Positions 58,637-64,000 of a stretch of DNA of 64,000 nt are shown one piece after another. Location of the stretch: NCBI GenBank assembly GCA_038251405.1, contig JBBSBH010000001.1:49125-113124 (forward strand), read 5' to 3'. This DNA comes from Chitinophagales bacterium. Its GTDB lineage: Bacteria > Bacteroidota > Bacteroidia > Chitinophagales > Saprospiraceae. A model generated the notes under the pieces. That model saw only the letters and a list, made by a program, of their open reading frames with translations. It had not been told where the DNA came from and did not search any database. Positions within the stretch are counted from its first letter, which is position 1. Every line of letters starts with the position of its first letter. A program made the translations under genes and the position numbers.

Positions 58637-58861
58637 CTTATTCGATGCTCTCTTTTCCGTTTCAATTTACCACTACACGCTCCCCAAAGCTGGCGGATGG
58701 GGTAATATAAAATCGCGATACATCGGTACCAAGTTTAAAATAAAAAAAGCCATACTTTTTATTTTACGAAGGGTTAGCTATTGGCTATGCTGTCTCTGCT
58801 TTGTCGTTTGAGTCTTGAACGAATGGTTGAGGTAGGTCAATGCGTGGTAAGGTGAGGATAT

Positions 58862-59263
58862 TTAGGGTTTTTCAACGGCTTTTTTCATAGCTTTTATTAA
58901 TTCTTCGGGCAACGAATAGATATCGGATAATTTGGTGAGAAAATAGTCGGCTCCAAGTTCTTTGGTTAACTTAATATCAATTTTATAATCAGATGTGCTG
59001 TAGATAATGACAGGAATTTTATTCAGGGTTTTATCTTTTTTTAATTCTATTAAACATTCCCGTCCATCCATCTTGGGCATATTGAGGTCAAGAAAAATAA
59101 AGTCTGGCAGCTTTTTTACCTTTCGCAATTTTTTAAGAGCATCATCACCATTAGTGGCTTCCAGGCATTCGTAAGTTGGATAGTTTTTATGAATGGCGCT
59201 GCAGAAAAAAAACCTATCGTCTTTATCATCATCGACTATCATTAAAATTATGTGAGTCTTCAT
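58862..59263 (-). CDS. Single-domain response regulator (receiver only), paralog of 53584..53973
   Basis: 133 aa. Contains IVDDDKDDR, PDFIFLDLNMPKMDGRECL and IIYST. Confidence 0.88.
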   Translation of the reverse strand: MKTHIILMIVDDDKDDRFFFCSAIHKNYPTYECLEATNGDDALKKLRKVKKLPDFIFLDLNMPKMDGRECLIELKKDKTLNKIPVIIYSTSDYKIDIKLTKELGADYFLTKLSDIYSLPEELIKAMKKAVEKP

Positions 59264-59310
59264 TTTATTTATAGTTTAAAGAACACGAAGGTAATCAAAG
59301 GGGAATGAAA

Positions 59311-59334
59311 AATAATTGTGACTTTGTCATTATT
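59311..59334 (-). promoter_or_regulatory. Inverted repeat AATAAT-N12-ATTATT (core TGAC-TTT-GTCA), 48-71 nt upstream of the receiver gene
   Basis: aataattgtgactttgtcattatt, read directly. Confidence 0.4.
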
Positions 59335-59415
59335 TACGGTTTCTTTTTTCTTCTGTTCAAATTGAGATTGCACTCAAACCATTTTTTAAATGGGAAATTG
59401 CGTTAATTTGTAATA

Positions 59416-59469
59416 ATAAAAATAGCTGAATTGAGAGGACAAAACCATTGGTAGATCAAATTAGTTGCC
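59416..59469. repeat. ~54-nt direct repeat, copy 1 (downstream of yitT-like gene, upstream of the receiver gene)
   Basis: ataaaaatagctgaattgagaggacaaaaccattggtagatcaaattagttgcc. By eye about 80% identical to 60861-60915. Confidence 0.7.
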
Positions 59470-59647
59470 AAAGGAATATCGATAAAAACAGTAGTAAATT
59501 CAACGTTATTCGGCTGGTTGGGAGGCAGGCTTTAAATGCTCTTTCTTATTGCCAATCGCGAAGGTAGAGAGAATAAAAACGACAAAACCAATGGGTTAAC
59601 CCCCGTTTTTAACAAGCCGTTGTACCTTTTGGGCATTCTTTTTAGAG

Positions 59648-60625
59648 TTAATGTCTTAAAGGTCTTTTTTTAATCATACCGCCTTTGGTATCTTTTACGC
59701 TACTCATAACTACAAATGCGTTGGGGTCAATTTTTTCAATTTCTGTATTCAATTTATTCAATTCGAGCCTTGTGAGAACTGTATAAGCGATATCAATTTC
59801 TGTTTTTTCTCCATTTTTACCAAATCCACGTTGCCCTTTATATATAGTAACGCCTCTACCCATAGTGTTAATAATCATATGTCGGATTTCTTCGCTATGA
59901 GAAGAAATGATGGTAGCACCAATATATTCCTCAATGCCTTCGACAATGAAGTCTAATGATTTTGATGCCGCCAAATAGGTAATCATTGAATAAAGGGCAA
60001 CTTCAATACCTATTAAGTAAGCAGCTGCCGAGAAAATCAAAACATTTATTACAATAATAATGTCGCCAATGGTAGTTCCGAGTTTACGGCTCAAAAAGAT
60101 GGCAAGCACTTCTGTTCCGTCAATGACGGCACTCCCTCTTACGGCAAGCCCGATCCCAGTTCCTAAAAAAAATCCGCCAAACACTGCAACAAGAAGATTA
60201 TCATTAGTAATATTTGGAAAAGTTACTGTCGCCAGGCAAAGTGCAAGGCCAGCAATAGCTAAGGTTGTTTTAATGGCGAACTGCTTACCTAGTACTTTAT
60301 AAGCCAGGATGATAAAGGGAATATTAACGCAAAGGATAAGTATATAGAGCGGGACTTCTGTCAAAGCAGATAGTAGTAAAGCAATGCCAGTAGCACCTCC
60401 ATCAATAAAGTGATTAGTCAATAGGAAACCTTTAAAACCGAATGAGGCTGAAAAAATACCAATGGTAATAAGAAAGAAGTCTTTTATATGCCTTTTTAAA
60501 TTAATTAAAAACTCTCTATAACCTTTAGCAAGTTTAAAGTCTGAAAATTGATTTTTATGGTCAATCTTTTTTTCTTTATGCTGAAGAGTCGTCTGAATGA
60601 TTAATTGGGTCCAAAAAGGATTCAT
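59648..60625 (-). CDS. YitT-family membrane protein (DUF2179 C-terminal domain)
   Basis: 325 aa with 5-6 TM segments (GGATGIALLL, GGFFLGTGIGL). The C-terminal soluble domain reads VTIYKGQRGFG.... Confidence 0.8.
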   Translation of the reverse strand: MNPFWTQLIIQTTLQHKEKKIDHKNQFSDFKLAKGYREFLINLKRHIKDFFLITIGIFSASFGFKGFLLTNHFIDGGATGIALLLSALTEVPLYILILCVNIPFIILAYKVLGKQFAIKTTLAIAGLALCLATVTFPNITNDNLLVAVFGGFFLGTGIGLAVRGSAVIDGTEVLAIFLSRKLGTTIGDIIIVINVLIFSAAAYLIGIEVALYSMITYLAASKSLDFIVEGIEEYIGATIISSHSEEIRHMIINTMGRGVTIYKGQRGFGKNGEKTEIDIAYTVLTRLELNKLNTEIEKIDPNAFVVMSSVKDTKGGMIKKRPLRH

Positions 60626-60860
60626 TATTATTTTATTTTAACTTTGAAGCTTGTCAGAAACAAATAAGAGCGTATCCCCAAAGCCGGCAAAAAGTAAAAC
60701 AGACAATCAAGATAATTAGAATGGGCTGGCGGTATTCTTTTTTGTTGAGAGGCAAGCTTTTGGTACAAAGTATGGTGTAAGGCAACACCATAGTGGAGAG
60801 AGGGGAAAGTGCTTATCTGTAAGTAATTTATAAAGTGGGACATCGTGCCAATATGTGGTG

Positions 60861-60915
60861 ATAAAAATAGCTGAAATAAGAGGACAAAACCTAATAGGTA
60901 GTGCAAATTTGTCCC
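60861..60915. repeat. ~54-nt direct repeat, copy 2 (upstream of yitT-like gene)
   Basis: ataaaaatagctgaaataagaggacaaaacctaataggtagtgcaaatttgtccc. Confidence 0.7.
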
Positions 60916-60989
60916 AGATTGCCTTATATGATTTGGTTTAAATTTTAGAAAACCAGGTACATTCCAGGTGGGCTGTGATAGTTTACCAG

Positions 60990-61310
60990 TCAGTTTAAGT
61001 AGTGGGCATACATCCTATTCACTTTTCCTTCATCGTTAAAAATATCACTTACATCGCCATTTTATTCATGATCGATTTATCGTAAATAACAACTGAATTA
61101 ACTCCGACAGGACCGGCTATGCATTCAACATGTAAATCTGGAATTTTATTTAAAGCTTTTTGCCAATATTCCCTGACCTTATTTTTGCCTATTGGTAATC
61201 TCAATATCATCTGCATAGTGAGTTGGGATGTGGTCTACATCATGTGAATTCCAGGAAGAAATCCAATCAGCTTTGATTTGTTTATATCCATATTTGATAT
61301 TAATGATGTC
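60990..61310 (-). pseudogene. NTF2-like (SnoaL-type) small protein, multiply frameshifted
   Basis: The minus-strand fragments sit in three frames: ADWISSWNSHDVDHIPTHYADDIEIT, GKNKVREYWQKALNKIPDLHVECIAGPVGVNSVVIYDKSIMNKMAM* and IFNDEGKVNRMYAHYLN*. Confidence 0.55.
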
Positions 61311-61362
61311 AAGTAATTTATAATAATGTTTTGTATTTCTACAGAATGAATGTCACTTTTGG

Positions 61363-61785
61363 TCAATTGGTTTCTGCTATTTCTTTTAATCCTTTTAAGA
61401 TTGGGTTTTCTTCTCCTTGTGGTTCCTCCTGAACTGCGTTTGGCCTGTTGTCTTCCTGGATAATTTCCAGTTTCGTGTTTCCGTTGGCAGAAGTCAAAAT
61501 ATAATTCATTATAAAATAATTTTCAGGTTTGTCTTCCAGGCCAGGCCTTGGTGCAAATAATGTGTAACTTAACTTTTCGGTTGGCTGGAATTCAATCACC
61601 TTGCCCCATTGCTCAAAAACTTTGTCTTCCCATTTGGTAATGAATGTTATTTCAGTATCAATTTTCCAACTTGTCTTTAATTCGCTTCCGTATTGCCAAA
61701 GTTTTACAAATTCGGGTTTTGTCAGGATATCCCAAACTTTTTGCTTTGATGCATTAATTGTTATCGTTGAAATATTTATTGCCAT
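61363..61785 (-). CDS. SRPBCC (AHSA1-like) domain protein
   Basis: The ORF track reaches 61839. Met19 gives MAINISTITINASKQKVWDILTKPEFVKLW, a typical N-terminus. Confidence 0.75.
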   Translation of the reverse strand: MAINISTITINASKQKVWDILTKPEFVKLWQYGSELKTSWKIDTEITFITKWEDKVFEQWGKVIEFQPTEKLSYTLFAPRPGLEDKPENYFIMNYILTSANGNTKLEIIQEDNRPNAVQEEPQGEENPILKGLKEIAETN

Positions 61786-61910
61786 AAGATTTTTTTGAAT
61801 TTTTCGCTGCTGGAATATATATAATTTTTCTTTTATCAATTTCCTATAAGCTTTGTAATCCCCGAAGGTAGCGATTTGAACACTCTTTGGGTAGTAGGAA
61901 TTTTAGGTTT

Positions 61911-62342
61911 TTAATTTAAAGTTTCAATTGCCTTTTCAATTCTTTTGAGTTTTGTTTCCATTGACTTAGCTTCCATTATAGAAAGTACCATTGCTTTCCT
62001 TTTGCTCGGGGCTAATTTTTCAAAATTTGCTTTTACAATTTTGTTTTTATCCAAGGCTACCTGCAATTCAACAGGCACTTCAACTGTTCTAGGAGAGGTG
62101 TCTAATTCCAAACTTACCTCCACCATGTCTCCACCTTTTGCATTTGCATTTTTACGATTTTCAGCACTTAAGCTGATCATATATTTTTCTCCCATTTTGC
62201 CTACAGCACTTCTGTAGCTGTAATTATTAAGCGATACCACTACCAGAGGTCTTTTACCACCACCTAATGTATCAAGTATCTTTTCACTTACTTCGATACC
62301 TGTATTCTTACCGGTCTGAACAATTTTTGTTTTGAATTTCAT
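61911..62342 (-). CDS. DUF1905 / YdeI-type protein
   Basis: 143 aa. Contains GKNTGIEVSEKILDTLGGGKRPLVVVSLNNYSYRSAVGKMG and the C-terminal LAPSKRKAMVLSIMEAKSMETKLKRIEKAI. Confidence 0.7.
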   Translation of the reverse strand: MKFKTKIVQTGKNTGIEVSEKILDTLGGGKRPLVVVSLNNYSYRSAVGKMGEKYMISLSAENRKNANAKGGDMVEVSLELDTSPRTVEVPVELQVALDKNKIVKANFEKLAPSKRKAMVLSIMEAKSMETKLKRIEKAIETLN

Positions 62343-62558
62343 AGTAATCTATTTTTGTAAATTGATTTTGTAAATTTTTTAAAAATTCTTTTGAACTTCT
62401 TTGCCAGAAAAGCCATCCATCTTAATGAGAAATTAAAGCTAAGTTCTTTGAATGGTTCATTTTTTCCTTGCTCCTGATACTCCGATGAGTTTTACATGCT
62501 TTGATCGTCATTAGAAATTGTATTTTTATACAAAAACGGAATGCTGAGGCAAACATTA

Positions 62559-63560
62559 TTATCGCTGGAGCTCCATTTTTTCAGGGTTTCCGGGTTCATC
62601 CAGCAATTGAATGTAGGTGCTTGGTCCCAGGTCGGGACTATCCCAAGAAGATAAAGCCCAGACAATTTTTTTATTCGGAGTCACTTCAAAAATCTGGACA
62701 CTGTTTTTCCATTCATCTGTATTCTTATTTCCTGCAACCCAATTTGAAATTACAGTATTGCCATTCGCCAATCGATTGGCTGTTTGATTATTGTAAAGTT
62801 TGAATGGGGCATCCACTTGTGTAAATTCCCAAACTGTTTCTCCCTTTAGGTTAATCTCTCTCGTATAACTTTGACCATCTCCTGATATAAGTACATTTCC
62901 GGAGTGGAGTTTAATGACTGACCATGCAGACTTGGCTGGTGCGGACCATATCTCTTTACCTTCAAGATTGAATTCAACGACTTTTTCTTCTGCAAACAGG
63001 CCTACCATTATGGTATTGTCTTTGGTCATTCTTACATGTCTGAACTGTCCGTGTGTGTTGGTGGCTTTTGTTGGAATGGCGATCTCCTTCAGGGTTTCAT
63101 TTTTGGCTGTGTTGATGATCAATACTCTTGGCTGATTACTATCGTTTACAACCAATAATACACTGTCTTTCCCGATGGGTTGGCAAGAATGTGTTTCTGT
63201 TCCTTTCGCACATATATATTGCCAAATTATATTTTTTTCAGGAGTTATAATTCCAGCTCCCGACATGCAAGCATATACGATGTTGCCGTTTGGTAATAAG
63301 GTGGCATCATCAAATTCCTGAATTCCACCAGTTGCTGTTCTCATTGGAATGGAATATTGCCAAACCACTTTTCCCCCGCGAACGATGGTCATTTTTTGAG
63401 CTTGCGGATTTCGGAAGTCCCATTCCCCAACATATAAAAATGGATGTTGATGAAGACCTTTTCCAGGGAGCTTATAATCTTTTAAATTGGCCTGAGCGCT
63501 ACCGCTAATGATAAAAACGAAATAAAGAATATTCGATACAATATACCTGGTGACCATCAT
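62559..63560 (-). CDS. Secreted beta-propeller-like protein, unknown function
   Basis: 333 aa with a signal peptide. It has repeated segments of the type xGxxVWxx (KVVWQY, NIIWQY, KEIWSA, ETVWEF, KIVWAL). Confidence 0.55.
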   Translation of the reverse strand: MMVTRYIVSNILYFVFIISGSAQANLKDYKLPGKGLHQHPFLYVGEWDFRNPQAQKMTIVRGGKVVWQYSIPMRTATGGIQEFDDATLLPNGNIVYACMSGAGIITPEKNIIWQYICAKGTETHSCQPIGKDSVLLVVNDSNQPRVLIINTAKNETLKEIAIPTKATNTHGQFRHVRMTKDNTIMVGLFAEEKVVEFNLEGKEIWSAPAKSAWSVIKLHSGNVLISGDGQSYTREINLKGETVWEFTQVDAPFKLYNNQTANRLANGNTVISNWVAGNKNTDEWKNSVQIFEVTPNKKIVWALSSWDSPDLGPSTYIQLLDEPGNPEKMELQR

Positions 63561-63713
63561 TTGAATAGATTTTATTAATCAGTCGAAATTATGTAAAATT
63601 AGTGGGTTGTCATCCATAAGCTAAAATGAATTGAAGAGCAAGTTCTTAGCTGTTTCTATTGTATTAAAATAGTAGTAATTTTTCATTGCGTTGGCTCTTC
63701 GAACAAATCATGG

Positions 63714-64000
63714 CTATTGAATGATTTGGGTTGAATACGGATTATATTTTTCCTGTATTACTTCTTTAACTTTTTCCAGATATTCAAACCCATATTTTCT
63801 GTCTGGCAATAAATAGCCGCCCTCAATCCATTCATTCCATGAAAAAATTGTAATAAGCTTTTCTTTTTCAGGATGTTTATCGCAATATTCTTTAGCTTCC
63901 TGAAGAAAGGCTGCAAAACTTTCGGGTGAATTATTGTAGCGCACAATATCTTTTTCTCCTTTATGTGGAAATCTTGGAGTATCGTCCCAGCCAATAGAAA
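63714..64000 (-). CDS. WbsX / GH99-like domain protein, C-terminal part (5' end beyond the window)
   Basis: The frame stays open to the window edge. It reads SIGWDDTPRFPHKGEKDIVRYNNSPESF...IFSWNEWIEGGYLLPD. Confidence 0.6.
   Translation of the reverse strand, partial: SIGWDDTPRFPHKGEKDIVRYNNSPESFAAFLQEAKEYCDKHPEKEKLITIFSWNEWIEGGYLLPDRKYGFEYLEKVKEVIQEKYNPYSTQIIQ

Noticed and set aside
60628-60906. 92-aa minus-strand ORF upstream of the yitT-like gene
   Set aside because: It runs through the 54-nt repeat and AT-rich leader, with no motifs and odd composition. It is more likely a non-coding leader or promoter region.
62501-62803. 100-aa plus-strand ORF
   Set aside because: It is antisense to the C-terminus of the beta-propeller-like gene and extends into intergenic DNA, with no support.
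1-64000. tRNA, rRNA, tmRNA and RNase P genes
   Set aside because: I scanned by eye for T-loop (GGTTCGAATCC-like) and RNase P (GAGGAAAGTCC) cores and noticed none. tRNAscan-SE or cmscan would be decisive.

Overview
AT-rich Bacteroidota-type chromosomal segment. Supporting signs are TAnnTTTG -7 promoter boxes close to start codons, no obvious Shine-Dalgarno sites at the starts I inspected, a TonB-dependent receptor with a CarboxypepD_reg-like N-domain, and typical Bacteroidota DUF families. I count about 55 intact protein genes. I noticed no rRNA or tRNA genes and no CRISPR array.

The left part (1.4-10 kb) looks like a decayed accessory or metal-resistance island. ThuA-like, RayT/IS200-like, IS91-family, TolC-like and Dps genes, a small membrane protein gene and an integrase 3' stub are all pseudogenes. 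They surround an apparently intact TetR-led operon of small exported proteins (cupin, DUF302, heme-c DUF3365-like, His-rich lipoprotein).

The remaining content, in order:
- methionine biosynthesis (metX, a sulfhydrylase, OsmC-like)
- a CzcB adaptor plus a 1448-aa CzcA::TolC-like fusion pump
- futalosine-pathway mqn genes, rimO, msrB, etfBA
- SSS and Kup transporters, a giant PIG-L protein, a nucleoside MFS permease
- the conserved but functionally unassigned thioredoxin-ApbE-DUF4266-DUF3570 cluster
- a 1.65-kb repeat-rich non-coding island (39.2-40.86 kb)
- LytS/LytTR, a TonB/FecCD-type ABC uptake locus, a TIM-barrel gene and a GH5 gene
- a 1526-aa CheB-CheR-PAS-histidine kinase flanked by two paralogous single-domain receivers

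The best follow-up candidates are:
- the ApbE/DUF3570 putative extracytoplasmic flavinylation cluster
- the non-coding repeat island, including a small hairpin element that recurs in frame inside the kinase gene
- the pump fusion
- the orphan CheB-CheR kinase module

Nothing resembles a canonical defence system. All functional calls come from motif recognition by eye, not from database searches.
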